Source: an uncultured Campylobacterales bacterium (GTDB taxonomy: Bacteria > Campylobacterota > Campylobacteria > Campylobacterales > CAZCQG01). From it: a stretch of 64,000 nt of DNA. The notes under the pieces were generated by a model. The model ran no database searches and was not told the DNA's origin. It was given only the letters and a program-made list of their open reading frames with translations. The position numbers and the translations under genes were made by a program. The stretch spans positions 19,383 through 83,382 of the forward strand of contig CAZCQG010000004.1 in assembly GCA_964500775.1 (NCBI GenBank), read 5' to 3'. Shown piece by piece: positions 18,958-28,795 of the stretch; position 1 is the first letter of the stretch, and every line of letters begins with the position of its first letter.

Positions 18958-19941
18958 CTACTTCATTGATTCGAGTAATTCGCTAAAACTCTCTTTAAAA
19001 GCTCCCAATCCCTCTTTAAGGAGTTCGTCACATACTATTTTATAATCGATTCCGCAATTTTGCATCTTTTGCATATAGTGGGCTATCTCTTCGTTGCTCT
19101 TGGAGACTCTCGGTGATTTATCGCTAGAATCAAGAAAAGCTTGTATTGTTTCTATCGGAGCGGTGTTGATAGTATTTTCTAGCAACAACTCGCTGATATA
19201 GTACCCTTTTGGTAGCTCATCCCCTTTTACGCCCGTGCTCGCAAAAAGGACGCGGATGTCGGGATGCGCATGCTCTCTTGTGTCGTTATAAATCTTCATA
19301 GCATTGCAGATTCCGAGTCTGCCCGTCGGAAGTCCGTTTTTTTTAAGTTCGGCATCGCATTTTCTGTCAAATCTGCTCACAAATACACTTAGCACCGCTT
19401 TGCTTTTCCCGCTCGCCTTTGCCATCCCCGAAGCTATGGCATCAAAGCAGTTTTTCGCCTGTGCGTCGGAAAAAATAAGCGTCGCATTAATGTTTATACC
19501 GCGACTAGCTAGTTCATTCATCACCACGTATCCCGCCGGTGTGGCTGGGACTTTTATCATTACGTTCTCTTTACCGATAGTTTCGTAGAGTCTCTGCCCC
19601 TCATCGATGCTGTGCTTGATGTCATCACAATAAAACGGGTCTATCTCGATGCTCACAAAGCCGTCATCTCCGCGCTTATAGAGCGGCTCTAGTATCTGCG
19701 CGCAGTTTTTTATATCCTCGCACGCGAGGTGTTCATAGATCTCTTTTTTCTCCAAGGAGGCATATTTTTTTATGTCCTCTTTATATGCTGAAGAAGTAGT
19801 AAAAGATTGCTTGAAAATCGCAGGATTACTGGTAGCTCCGTTTATCACCCCCTCGTTTATAAGCGTTTTAAACTCTCCGTTTAAGAAGCTTCGCTCAACG
19901 AAATCTGACCAAATACTAAAATTTATCTCTTTTAAAAACAT
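18958..19941 (-). CDS. tal: Transaldolase
   Basis: 327 aa. GATSNPAIF and the active-site Lys region MIKVPAT. Confidence 0.85.
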   Translation of the reverse strand: MFLKEINFSIWSDFVERSFLNGEFKTLINEGVINGATSNPAIFKQSFTTSSAYKEDIKKYASLEKKEIYEHLACEDIKNCAQILEPLYKRGDDGFVSIEIDPFYCDDIKHSIDEGQRLYETIGKENVMIKVPATPAGYVVMNELASRGININATLIFSDAQAKNCFDAIASGMAKASGKSKAVLSVFVSRFDRKCDAELKKNGLPTGRLGICNAMKIYNDTREHAHPDIRVLFASTGVKGDELPKGYYISELLLENTINTAPIETIQAFLDSSDKSPRVSKSNEEIAHYMQKMQNCGIDYKIVCDELLKEGLGAFKESFSELLESMK

Positions 19942-19951
19942 CTTTTGCCTT

Positions 19952-20575
19952 TTAAATATAGTTGAGAATCTCGCGTAAATCTTTTTGCTCGATTACGATA
20001 TTTGCCCGCTCTTTGATATAGGGTTTACCGCAAAAGCTCACTTTTTTGGCGGCAAACTCAAACATACTCGCATCATTTGCTCCATCACCCGTCACTATCG
20101 TATCTTCGTAGCACACGCCAAGGAGGTTTTGGATTCTCTGTAGCATATCCCCCTTACTAAATCCAAACATCATATCCCCTCCGACTTCACCGCTTAAAAC
20201 TCCATCTTTATGATGGAGGACGTTGCTAAAATCGGCGTCAAATCCGAGTATCTCTTTTGCCTGCCCCGTCGCATTGCGGAATCCGCCGCTAAAGACGACG
20301 ACTTTATAGCCGTGGGCTTTGAGCGCTGCAATCGTCTCTTTTGCCCCCGGCATAAAAGGGAGATTCCCACACACCTCATCCACCGTCTCTTTTTTCATCC
20401 CTTTTAAAAACGCCACCCTCTTTTTTAAACTCTCATAAAAATCCAATTCGCCTGCCATTGCGCGCTCTGTTATCCCTTTTACGTTTTCGCTCACCCCGTA
20501 GGCTTCGGCAAGAATATCTATGGTCTCACCGTCCATTAGAGTGGAATCAAAATCAAATACAGCCAGTTTCATCAA
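19952..20575 (-). CDS. serB: Phosphoserine phosphatase (HAD family)
   Basis: 207 aa. HAD motif I FDFDSTL, motif III-IV GDGANDASM. The tal-serB order matches C. jejuni. Confidence 0.85.
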   Translation of the reverse strand: MMKLAVFDFDSTLMDGETIDILAEAYGVSENVKGITERAMAGELDFYESLKKRVAFLKGMKKETVDEVCGNLPFMPGAKETIAALKAHGYKVVVFSGGFRNATGQAKEILGFDADFSNVLHHKDGVLSGEVGGDMMFGFSKGDMLQRIQNLLGVCYEDTIVTGDGANDASMFEFAAKKVSFCGKPYIKERANIVIEQKDLREILNYI

Positions 20576-20632
20576 TTCCTCGTTTTATCTTTGGTAGCTA
20601 TAATTTTACAAAAATATTATAAAGAGCGCAGT

Positions 20633-21550
20633 ATGCACGAGAAACTGATAGAGCGATTGCAAAATAAAGGATTCATAAGCCTAGAGATTACCCCGCAAAA
20701 ATCCCACACATTAAGTAAGATATGCGACAAACTTGACGCTTCCGACATATTAAAACGTATCGATGCATTTATTATCACCGACAATCCGCTCGCTAAACTC
20801 AAGCACTCTAGCCTCTTGGCAGCAATAAAGTTACAGCAAAAATATAACCTCCCCGCAATCGCAACGATAACTATGCGAGATAGAAACAAACTCGCGCTCC
20901 AAAGCGACATCTTGGGGGTGAACGAGTTTGACGTGCGATCTTTTTTAACCATCACGGGCGATTCGGCGAAGATGTCGGATCAGCCGCAGACAAAAGGGGT
21001 ATTTGAATCCGATAGTACGATGCTTTTGCAAATAATACGATGTTTCAATAGCGGGATAGATTATTCGGGTCGTGAGTTAGGCGAACGACCAAAACCAATC
21101 TATCCGTTTGCAGTTTCAAACTCGTATGCAAAAAACTTTGCCACCCTCCAAAGAAAGCTAGTAAAAAAACTCTCCGCAGGTGCCGTAGCTATAGTCACGC
21201 AACCTATTTATTCCCTAGATGGCGGAGAAAAAATGATGGAGGTTTTTGAAGCGGCAAAAAAAGAATCGGGCAATACCGACGCGCAGCTTATATTTGGTCT
21301 TTTTCCTATCACGAGACTAAAAACCGCGCAATTTTTATCTGCTCACGTGCCGGGTATAAACGTACCTGATGATTTTTTGGAATTGCTATTAGAGGCTTCA
21401 AAGGATTCTGAAGAAGAGGAACAAAACGTAGGATTTGAGTACAGTCTCGCGACCGCGAAGTCACTCTACAAACTCAATCCTAGAATTCACGTCATGAGTG
21501 CGAATAAATTTGATCTTGCCGATGCGCTTATCGATGGGCTGAAGAGTTAA
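20633..21550 (+). CDS. Methylenetetrahydrofolate reductase-like protein
   Basis: 305 aa from the ATG at 20633 (MHEKLIERL). SLEITPQKS...ITDNP...TMRDRN...ITGD has a general MTHFR-family (TIM barrel) pattern. The family call is tentative. Confidence 0.55.
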   Translation: MHEKLIERLQNKGFISLEITPQKSHTLSKICDKLDASDILKRIDAFIITDNPLAKLKHSSLLAAIKLQQKYNLPAIATITMRDRNKLALQSDILGVNEFDVRSFLTITGDSAKMSDQPQTKGVFESDSTMLLQIIRCFNSGIDYSGRELGERPKPIYPFAVSNSYAKNFATLQRKLVKKLSAGAVAIVTQPIYSLDGGEKMMEVFEAAKKESGNTDAQLIFGLFPITRLKTAQFLSAHVPGINVPDDFLELLLEASKDSEEEEQNVGFEYSLATAKSLYKLNPRIHVMSANKFDLADALIDGLKS

Positions 21551-22044
21551 AAGTTTCTCTTCAGTAGCCCGTCTGTTTTGAGGATAGTAAGAATCCTATC
21601 CTCCCTCTTTCCGATACCGTAAATGAGATTTTCATCTTCACTTAACGTCTCCGGTGCCGGATCGATATTTGATTCTTTGATACGTACCGCTTCGGTGAGC
21701 CTATCGATGACAAATCCCGCGACCTCTTCATTGTCTTTTATGACGATATATCGTGTGTCTTCGTTTTGTTTTTGCGGAGACAAGCCGAACTTTATCCGAA
21801 GATTGACCAACGGAATTACATTCCCTCTCAAGTTAAACACACCCATTACATATGCAGGAGTTGAAGGCACCCTTGTATACTCTAAAGGCTTGATTATCTC
21901 TTGGATACTTAAAATCGGCACGGCAAACTCTTCGTCTCCGACGATAAATCCGACAAGTTGTACTATATCTTCGGCTTCGGTTTTGGGCTCTCTTTGTCTT
22001 TGTTGTTTATCAAAGACCTCTTTTAGTTTATCACTCATCTCCAC
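21547..22044 (-). CDS. cheW: Chemotaxis coupling protein CheW
   Basis: 165-aa CheW-like domain (FAVPILSIQEI...NLRGNVIPLVNLR). Overlaps the cheA stop. Confidence 0.9.
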   Translation of the reverse strand: MEMSDKLKEVFDKQQRQREPKTEAEDIVQLVGFIVGDEEFAVPILSIQEIIKPLEYTRVPSTPAYVMGVFNLRGNVIPLVNLRIKFGLSPQKQNEDTRYIVIKDNEEVAGFVIDRLTEAVRIKESNIDPAPETLSEDENLIYGIGKREDRILTILKTDGLLKRNF

Positions 22045-24475
22045 TTACCTCTACTTTTAGGTTTATATTGCGTTTTACGACATTCATTAGATATTCAGGC
22101 GAATACGGCTTCGTGATATATTCGGTCATACCCGATTCTACGCCGCGCATCCTATCGCTTTTGCTCGTACGGCTCGTAACGGCGATAAGCGGCATATTTT
22201 TGAATTTGTTATATTTTCTAATCTCACTCGCTAATGTATAACCGTCCATCCGCGGCATCTCGATGTCTATAAGTATCGCATCGAGTGAATGTTCACCCGA
22301 TTTGATAATATCTAGCGCTTCGACACCGTTTGAGGCTTCAACCGTACTTACGCCTAAAGGTTTTAACGATTTTTTCATAATCGTTCTATCAGTATTGCTA
22401 TCATCCACTACAAGGATACAATAGTCACTCGGTTTATTTTTCTCTTTCACGGCGGCATCTTTACTAAGCGCTTGATGAACATTTACTTTCACTTTTTTCG
22501 CTAATTCCATCATTGCCGCTACGTCTACGATTAGGGTAACCTTCCCGTCTCCTCTTATCGTCGCGCCGGCGATGCCGTCGATATTTTTAAGGTAATATCC
22601 CAAAGACTTGATAACAATCTCTTCCTGACCTATAAGGAAATCGACTATCACCCCAAGCTTCGTCTCGGCCAACCCGATGACCACGACGTATGCCTCTTCG
22701 CTACTTTCAAAGACACTTTGTACTCCGAAAATATCGGCAAGTCGCACAAGGGTAAGTACTTCATCTCGCAATCTAAGGACGCTTTTGCCCTCTACGGTAT
22801 ATATCTCGTCACGGCTGATTCTCACCGTCTCAAGGACGGATGCGAGCGGAATCGCATAATACTCTTCTTGCACACCGACAAGCAATGCTTGGATAATAGC
22901 GAGTGTCAAAGGAATCTTGAGCTTCATTACCGTGCCCACGCCCTTTTCACTATCTATATCAATAATACCGTTGAGTTTTTCGATGTTGGTCTTCACAACA
23001 TCCATACCCACGCCGCGTCCCGAGACGTTGGTCACTTTTGCCGCCATAGAGAAGCCCGGTTTGAAAATGAGATTAAACGCCTCTTTGTCGCCCATATTAT
23101 CGGCTTCTCGCTCGCTTATTACACCTTTTTCGACCGCTTTAATTTTGAGGAGTTCAGGATCCATCCCCTTGCCGTCATCCTTGATTTCGATAACGATATG
23201 ATTCCCTTCATTATAGGCTTTTAGCTCGATGATACCCATTTCAGGCTTGCCTGCCGCAGCCCTGTTCTCTGTGCTTTCGACACCGTGGTCACAAGAGTTT
23301 CTGATAATGTGAACGAGGGGATCGCCGATCTCTTCAACGATCGATTTATCAAGCTCGGTCTCTTCACCGGTGATGACGAGTTCGATATTTTTGCCGAGCT
23401 CCCTTGAGAGGTCTCGCACCATTCTTGGGAATTTATTAAACACCTTCCCGATAGGAAGCATCCTTGTTTTCATAACCGCGATTTGCAAATCGGTCGTAAC
23501 TACCGAAATACTTGAAACGACTTGGTTGAGCTCTTCTAAGAATTTTTCCCCTTCATAGCGCTCCTCCACGTCGTCATAGATTTTTAGTAGTCTATTTTTA
23601 CCCAAAACAAGCTCACCGATGAGATTCATAAGGTGGTCAAGTCTTTTTACGTCAACCCTAATAGTCTGTTCTATTGCGGTAGAAGGAGTTTTCGGTGTTT
23701 CTGCTGCCGCTGCCGCAGGTTTTGGCGCGGGCTTTGGAGTAGCTGCGGGCGCTACCGGTTTTGGCGCAGGTGCAGGTGCTGCTTGCGGTGCTGGTTTTGG
23801 CGTCGGAGGAGGTACGGCTGCTTCCGAGCCCGGATCGGATGGAGCTTGGATATTCAAATCTTCCCCGTTCTCTTTTTTCTCTTCTCTCCGTCTCTTATCC
23901 TCTTCCTGTCGCTCTCTTAATAATCGCTCGATCTCTTTTTCTACTTCATCGGGAGCCATATTTGCATAATCGGGCTCATTGCCGCTCTCTGCCGCAGGAG
24001 CCTCTTGCGCAGGGGGCGGTGGAGGTGGGGGTGGAGTTTCTTTAGCGGGGGCACTTTGAGCAGGAGCCGCATTTGTGGGTGCTTCGCCTTTAGATATAGC
24101 ATCGAGTCTCGGTATGACCGATTCTATATCTATGCCGCTATCCGTATCTGCTCCGCTGTCCCGTATGTGAGACAAAAGACCCTTCATCATATCAATAGAT
24201 TCAAGTACGACATCCATGATGTCGGAAGTGAGTTTCAATTCACCGTGTCTCGCTTTATTGAGTACATCTTCCATATGATGGGTAAGTCTCGTCAACACAT
24301 CAAAGTTCAAAAACGAACTCGAACCCTTAATCGTGTGGGCAACCCTAAATATCCTGTTAAGCAAATCAAGATCATCAGGTCTGCTCTCAAGTTCCACTAA
24401 ATCTTGATCTAATTGCTCTATCATCTCAAAAGCTTCTATCAGAAAGTCTTCTAATATCTCTTGCATCTCATCCAT
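22031..24475 (-). CDS. cheA: Chemotaxis histidine kinase CheA with C-terminal receiver domain (CheAY)
   Basis: 814 aa. Hpt motif HTIKGSS, a Pro/Ala-rich linker, HATPase boxes (DDGKGMD, GRGVGMDVV), a CheW-like domain and a C-terminal REC (VVDDS...DIEMPRMDG...KP). Confidence 0.95.
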   Translation of the reverse strand: MDEMQEILEDFLIEAFEMIEQLDQDLVELESRPDDLDLLNRIFRVAHTIKGSSSFLNFDVLTRLTHHMEDVLNKARHGELKLTSDIMDVVLESIDMMKGLLSHIRDSGADTDSGIDIESVIPRLDAISKGEAPTNAAPAQSAPAKETPPPPPPPPAQEAPAAESGNEPDYANMAPDEVEKEIERLLRERQEEDKRRREEKKENGEDLNIQAPSDPGSEAAVPPPTPKPAPQAAPAPAPKPVAPAATPKPAPKPAAAAAETPKTPSTAIEQTIRVDVKRLDHLMNLIGELVLGKNRLLKIYDDVEERYEGEKFLEELNQVVSSISVVTTDLQIAVMKTRMLPIGKVFNKFPRMVRDLSRELGKNIELVITGEETELDKSIVEEIGDPLVHIIRNSCDHGVESTENRAAAGKPEMGIIELKAYNEGNHIVIEIKDDGKGMDPELLKIKAVEKGVISEREADNMGDKEAFNLIFKPGFSMAAKVTNVSGRGVGMDVVKTNIEKLNGIIDIDSEKGVGTVMKLKIPLTLAIIQALLVGVQEEYYAIPLASVLETVRISRDEIYTVEGKSVLRLRDEVLTLVRLADIFGVQSVFESSEEAYVVVIGLAETKLGVIVDFLIGQEEIVIKSLGYYLKNIDGIAGATIRGDGKVTLIVDVAAMMELAKKVKVNVHQALSKDAAVKEKNKPSDYCILVVDDSNTDRTIMKKSLKPLGVSTVEASNGVEALDIIKSGEHSLDAILIDIEMPRMDGYTLASEIRKYNKFKNMPLIAVTSRTSKSDRMRGVESGMTEYITKPYSPEYLMNVVKRNINLKVEVSGDE

Positions 24476-24506
24476 GCGTAGCCCCTCTCTTAAAATCGGT
24501 AATTAA

Positions 24507-25457
24507 TTATTGATCGGCGCGATGCTTTTCAAGCACCCTGCTGACTTCTTTGTAAAAGACGTTAGCGTCAAACTTAACTAAATATGCCTCACCGCCTGCT
24601 TCCACACTCTTTTCATTCGTAAACTGATCGCTTATCGAAGAGCTAAAAATGATCGGTATCTTGCTAAATCTCGGATCGTCTTTTACCGTAGCGGCGAAAT
24701 GGAAACCGTCCATTTTCGGCATCTCCACGTCAGAGACGATTATTTTTAGTTCTTTATGCAGCCTCTCTTGGTATACCCCATAAAGCTCTTCGAGCTTCGC
24801 GATACCCGACTGACCGTCGATCGCTTCTACTACTTTGAACCCCATCTTTTCTAACGCACCCTTGACGATCTTTCTAGCGATAGCACTATCATCAAGAATC
24901 AAAGCCATTCCGTCAAATTTCTTCACTCCCGCCTGCATATTGAGATCGGGCTGAAAAAATCCAAGCTCTTGAACGACACTCTCAAGATCAAGTATCAGCA
25001 ATACTTGATTCCCTTCAATCCTCGTAACACCGGTGATTTTTGATTTATCTATCCCATCACCCGTACTAAATGTCGCAGGCTCAATGTCCGCCCAGTTTAT
25101 TCTTCTTATTCTTTTGGCTTGATGGACGATAAAACCTACCATTATGTTATTAAACTCGGCGATAATAACCCTCGGTTTTATCTTCGACTTCTTGGGCACT
25201 TCCACGCCCATCCATTGTGCCAAATTGATAACGGGTATCACCATCCCGCGCAAATCGAATATCCCTTCGACATACGAAGGGACACCGGGCAGTTCGGTCA
25301 ACTTCGGAAGCCGTATTATCTCGTTGACCTTGGCGACGTTCACACCGTAGATACCTTGGTATACCTTTCCGCCCTCTTGTTTAAATATCCTAAAATCAAC
25401 CAATTCCATTTCATTGGAGGCGATGTCGGATAATTTAGCTTTTTTGCCTATTGACAC
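24507..25457 (-). CDS. cheV: Chemotaxis protein CheV (CheW-like plus receiver)
   Basis: 316 aa. N-terminal CheW-like domain and C-terminal REC (ILDDS...DVEMPKMDG). Confidence 0.9.
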   Translation of the reverse strand: MSIGKKAKLSDIASNEMELVDFRIFKQEGGKVYQGIYGVNVAKVNEIIRLPKLTELPGVPSYVEGIFDLRGMVIPVINLAQWMGVEVPKKSKIKPRVIIAEFNNIMVGFIVHQAKRIRRINWADIEPATFSTGDGIDKSKITGVTRIEGNQVLLILDLESVVQELGFFQPDLNMQAGVKKFDGMALILDDSAIARKIVKGALEKMGFKVVEAIDGQSGIAKLEELYGVYQERLHKELKIIVSDVEMPKMDGFHFAATVKDDPRFSKIPIIFSSSISDQFTNEKSVEAGGEAYLVKFDANVFYKEVSRVLEKHRADQ

Positions 25458-26197
25458 AAAAACTCCTTAATACCGCATTTTTCGAGACTAAACCTACTAT
25501 CTTTCGATTTTACAACAAAATAACTTTCATTACACGCAACAGACCCTATATTAAAATAACGTCTTTTTTGCTCAATTTCTTCACCTAAAATCTCCTGATG
25601 GAAATGCCCTTCAAGGACTATGTCTGCGCTCAAAAAATCCATTTTGTCCAATCGCTCGTCGAGTACTGTTTTGAAAGTGAGAAACTCTCTGCATAGCTTT
25701 TTTCCTCGAATCGATTCGGTAATTTTTTTACTGATAAACCCGTCACTAAGATCATCAAGCGTATTGAGTAAATACAAAAAAGCTCTATTGGAAATAGTGC
25801 GCATATACATTTCATGTCCGGCTTTTGCATATTTATCACCGTGGAGCAACAACACTCTTTCCGTGCCGAAAGTAAAAAGTGCGGGTTGTTTTTGTCTTGG
25901 AAAGATAGTGATGTTTTTGAGGATTTTTTCGATTCCTAGGTCGTGATTCCCCTCAAAGTAATAAATTTCGCATTTATTTGCTAATCGTTGCAAAATCTCA
26001 ATGAGCTTTGTATTCGCATCCATTTGGAATCTGCACGGAGTGAGTAAATCAAAAATATCTCCGAGTAGAAATAGTTGCTCGGGAGGGCGGTCGAGAAGTT
26101 TTTCGAAAAAAGGGAGTATCTCCTCTCGATAAGGAGCATAGTGGACATCCGAGAGAAAAAGCGCCCCCTCTTTTATGATATTTACATCACGGGACAT
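25448..26197 (-). CDS. Metallophosphoesterase, LpxH-like (UDP-2,3-diacylglucosamine hydrolase family)
   Basis: 249 aa from the ATG at 26197 (MSRDVNII). Calcineurin-type motifs LSDVH, LGDIFD and GNHD. The longer track start (26251) lies inside argC. Confidence 0.65.
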   Translation of the reverse strand: MSRDVNIIKEGALFLSDVHYAPYREEILPFFEKLLDRPPEQLFLLGDIFDLLTPCRFQMDANTKLIEILQRLANKCEIYYFEGNHDLGIEKILKNITIFPRQKQPALFTFGTERVLLLHGDKYAKAGHEMYMRTISNRAFLYLLNTLDDLSDGFISKKITESIRGKKLCREFLTFKTVLDERLDKMDFLSADIVLEGHFHQEILGEEIEQKRRYFNIGSVACNESYFVVKSKDSRFSLEKCGIKEFLCQ

Positions 26198-27215
26198 ACG
26201 GTATATACGGTATGGCACACGAAGCATCAAGCCCAAACATAAGATTCGCATTCAGCACCGCTTGCGAACTCGCGCCGCGGAGTAAATTGTCTATTGCGCT
26301 GTTTATATAGAGAATATCTCCGTCCTGTTTGGCAAATATATCGCAAAAGTTTGTCCCCGCGACACTTTTCACATCGACGGGCTTTTCTCTTACTCGGATA
26401 AACTGCTCTTCTTTATAAGCTTCTTGCAATATCTTGAGCGGCTCTAGTTCTCGATCTACCTTTATGTACGCCGAAATGAGCATACCTCGTGTGAGCGGTA
26501 GTAAGTGCGGCACGAAAATCACTTTTTTGCTCTCATTGCCGAAATGTTCTATCTTCTCTTCAATTTCAGGCGTATGTCGATGCGAAAGGGGGTTGTACGA
26601 AAAGATATTTTCGTTGATAGTGACGTAATGGGTGTTGTCCGTACATTTTTTTCCCGCACCGCTCACCCCGCTCTTGGCATCGATGATGACAGCCTCCCCT
26701 TTTACGGAGTATTTGATAAACGGTAATATCGCTAGCAACGATGCTGTAGGGTAACAACCCGGATTTGCCAATAATCTTGCTTGCGCGATTTTTTCTCGAT
26801 TGTATTCGGGTAAACCGTACACCGCTTCACCCAAATGTTCTTTATCGCTGTGTTCGCAATAAAACGCTTCATACCGCTCCAACTCCAAACGATAATCGGC
26901 GGAGAGGTCGACCACTTTGCATCCTAACCCCAAAAGCTCTTTGGCAAATGCTGCGGCACTTTTATGCGGCAATGCCAAAAAAACCAACTCCGCACATTTT
27001 GCAATCTCTTTCGCATCGGCTTTATGGACGTTATGCGTGGCTACTTTTTGCAATGAAGGATGCAAATCCTGTATATGCACGTCCCCCTCGCTATTGGCGA
27101 CATACACGATATTAAAATACGGATGTATAAGCAATATTTTTAGAAGCTCTAAGCCCGTATAGCCGCTAACTCCGACAACCGCTACGTTTACAATTTTTTT
27201 ATCCGCCACCGACAA
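26187..27215 (-). CDS. argC: N-acetyl-gamma-glutamyl-phosphate reductase
   Basis: 342 aa. VGVSGYTG NAD-binding motif and active-site NPGCYPT. Confidence 0.9.
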   Translation of the reverse strand: MSVADKKIVNVAVVGVSGYTGLELLKILLIHPYFNIVYVANSEGDVHIQDLHPSLQKVATHNVHKADAKEIAKCAELVFLALPHKSAAAFAKELLGLGCKVVDLSADYRLELERYEAFYCEHSDKEHLGEAVYGLPEYNREKIAQARLLANPGCYPTASLLAILPFIKYSVKGEAVIIDAKSGVSGAGKKCTDNTHYVTINENIFSYNPLSHRHTPEIEEKIEHFGNESKKVIFVPHLLPLTRGMLISAYIKVDRELEPLKILQEAYKEEQFIRVREKPVDVKSVAGTNFCDIFAKQDGDILYINSAIDNLLRGASSQAVLNANLMFGLDASCAIPYIPYVP

Positions 27216-27399
27216 ACTCCAAAAATTCTAATTTATCATCCTCTACCGGAATCTTCTTGCCCCACTGCTCTTTTTTTACGATAACGGTATTGAGTGCTAC
27301 TGCCATCACTTTATCAAGGATCTCAAGTTTAGCGAGAATCTCCTCTATGCTCAATCCTTCTTCAAAATCAAAATCTTCACCGTTAATTTTTAGTTTCAA
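27199..27399 (-). CDS. ThiS/MoaD-like sulfur-carrier (beta-grasp) protein
   Basis: 66 aa. MKLKINGE start and a C-terminal ...FVGGG ending typical of ThiS-type carriers. No thiF/G/H or moaE is nearby. Confidence 0.55.
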   Translation of the reverse strand: MKLKINGEDFDFEEGLSIEEILAKLEILDKVMAVALNTVIVKKEQWGKKIPVEDDKLEFLEFVGGG

Positions 27400-27402
27400 A
27401 AA

Positions 27403-28701
27403 TCATCCTTTTTCTCCGAAATGTTTGTAGTAATACCCCGCAATTTCACCCTGTTTTACCCTAGAAATAACCAAAGAACCCGTCTTTGTATCCTTTGTCA
27501 CCGTAGTACCTGCGGCGATAATAGTCTTATCTTCTATGATAATCGGAGCGATTAATTGCGTGTCGCTTCCCACGAATACGTCTTTGCCTATGACGGTCTT
27601 GTATTTTTTTACCCCATCGTAGTTGCAGGTAATAGTACCCGCTCCTATATTCGTACCGCTCCCTATTTCACAATCTCCTAGATAACTCAGATGTCCCGCT
27701 TTGACATCTTCGAGTTTGGCTTTTTTCAGCTCAACGAAATTTCCTATCTTAGAATCGACTATCTCGCATCCCGGGCGCACTCTAGCATAGGGACCTACTT
27801 CGCTGTTTATGATAGTGGATTCTTCTATCACGCTACCGCTTTTTATATGACTCTCGGTTATTTTACTGCCGCTCTTTATCACTACGCCGCTCTCTACCTC
27901 ACACTCGCCTATTAGCTCTACCCCTTCTTCGATGTAGATAGTTTCGGGTAGATGCATAATCACCCCTTGGAGCATAAATCTCTCTTTTATCCTTCTGCAC
28001 ATCATCGCTTCGGCATTTGAGAGATCAAGCTTTGAGTTTACCCCTTTAAACGAAGTCTCATCCACGAACAGCGGGACGATTTTTCCCTCTTCTTTGGCAT
28101 ACATCGCGACTATGTCGGTCAGATAATACTCTTTTTGCGCGTTATCGTTAGAGAGCTTCGGAAGATACCGATCCAAGATTTTTTTACTAAAAAGGTACAC
28201 ACCCGCATTGACGGTATTTATTTTTTTTATCGATTCATCGGCATCTTTTTCTTCGACTATCCGCTCGACAAACCCTTCTTTTATCACGACCCGACCGTAT
28301 CCCGTACCGCTTTTTAGCTCCATCACCGACATCACTATGTCGCCTTCGCATTGTTGAAAACCCTCGATAGATTCTTTATCTACTAAAGGCATATCGCCGT
28401 TTAAAACAAGTATCTTGTCATACTTGGTCTCCACTCCGAACATCGCCCCTCCCGTACCGGGAAAACGCCCATGGTCTTGCTTGTAGATTCCTACCGTATC
28501 GCCGAAATACTTTCGGATGACATCGCGTACTTCGTCATATTTGTGATACAAGACCACATTTACGTCTGCACTCACTTTTTGCGCCTCTTTGATGACATAA
28601 TAAATCATCTCTTTGCCGCATATTTTATGAAGCACTTTTGGAGTTTGGGATTTCATTCTTGTCCCTGCTCCCGCCGCAAGAATCACTACCGATATTGGCA
28701 T
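27403..28701 (-). CDS. glmU: Bifunctional UDP-GlcNAc pyrophosphorylase / GlcN-1-P acetyltransferase
   Basis: 432 aa from the ATG at 28701 (MPISVVILAAGAGTRMKS). The C-terminal half is made of hexapeptide repeats. Confidence 0.95.
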   Translation of the reverse strand: MPISVVILAAGAGTRMKSQTPKVLHKICGKEMIYYVIKEAQKVSADVNVVLYHKYDEVRDVIRKYFGDTVGIYKQDHGRFPGTGGAMFGVETKYDKILVLNGDMPLVDKESIEGFQQCEGDIVMSVMELKSGTGYGRVVIKEGFVERIVEEKDADESIKKINTVNAGVYLFSKKILDRYLPKLSNDNAQKEYYLTDIVAMYAKEEGKIVPLFVDETSFKGVNSKLDLSNAEAMMCRRIKERFMLQGVIMHLPETIYIEEGVELIGECEVESGVVIKSGSKITESHIKSGSVIEESTIINSEVGPYARVRPGCEIVDSKIGNFVELKKAKLEDVKAGHLSYLGDCEIGSGTNIGAGTITCNYDGVKKYKTVIGKDVFVGSDTQLIAPIIIEDKTIIAAGTTVTKDTKTGSLVISRVKQGEIAGYYYKHFGEKG

Positions 28702-28795
28702 AAGGCACCTTTTTAGTTTAAAAAAAAATTTATGTGATTTTAACACAAAAAGGGATAAAGTTAGCAGTCATTAAAACTCCAAAACAGGGGACGGG

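Noticed and set aside
23619-24400. Several Gly/Ala/Arg/Cys-rich plus-strand ORFs (116, 95, 94 and 131 aa).
   Set aside because: They are mirror images of the Pro/Ala-rich, GC-rich linker and Hpt region of cheA on the minus strand, not independent genes.
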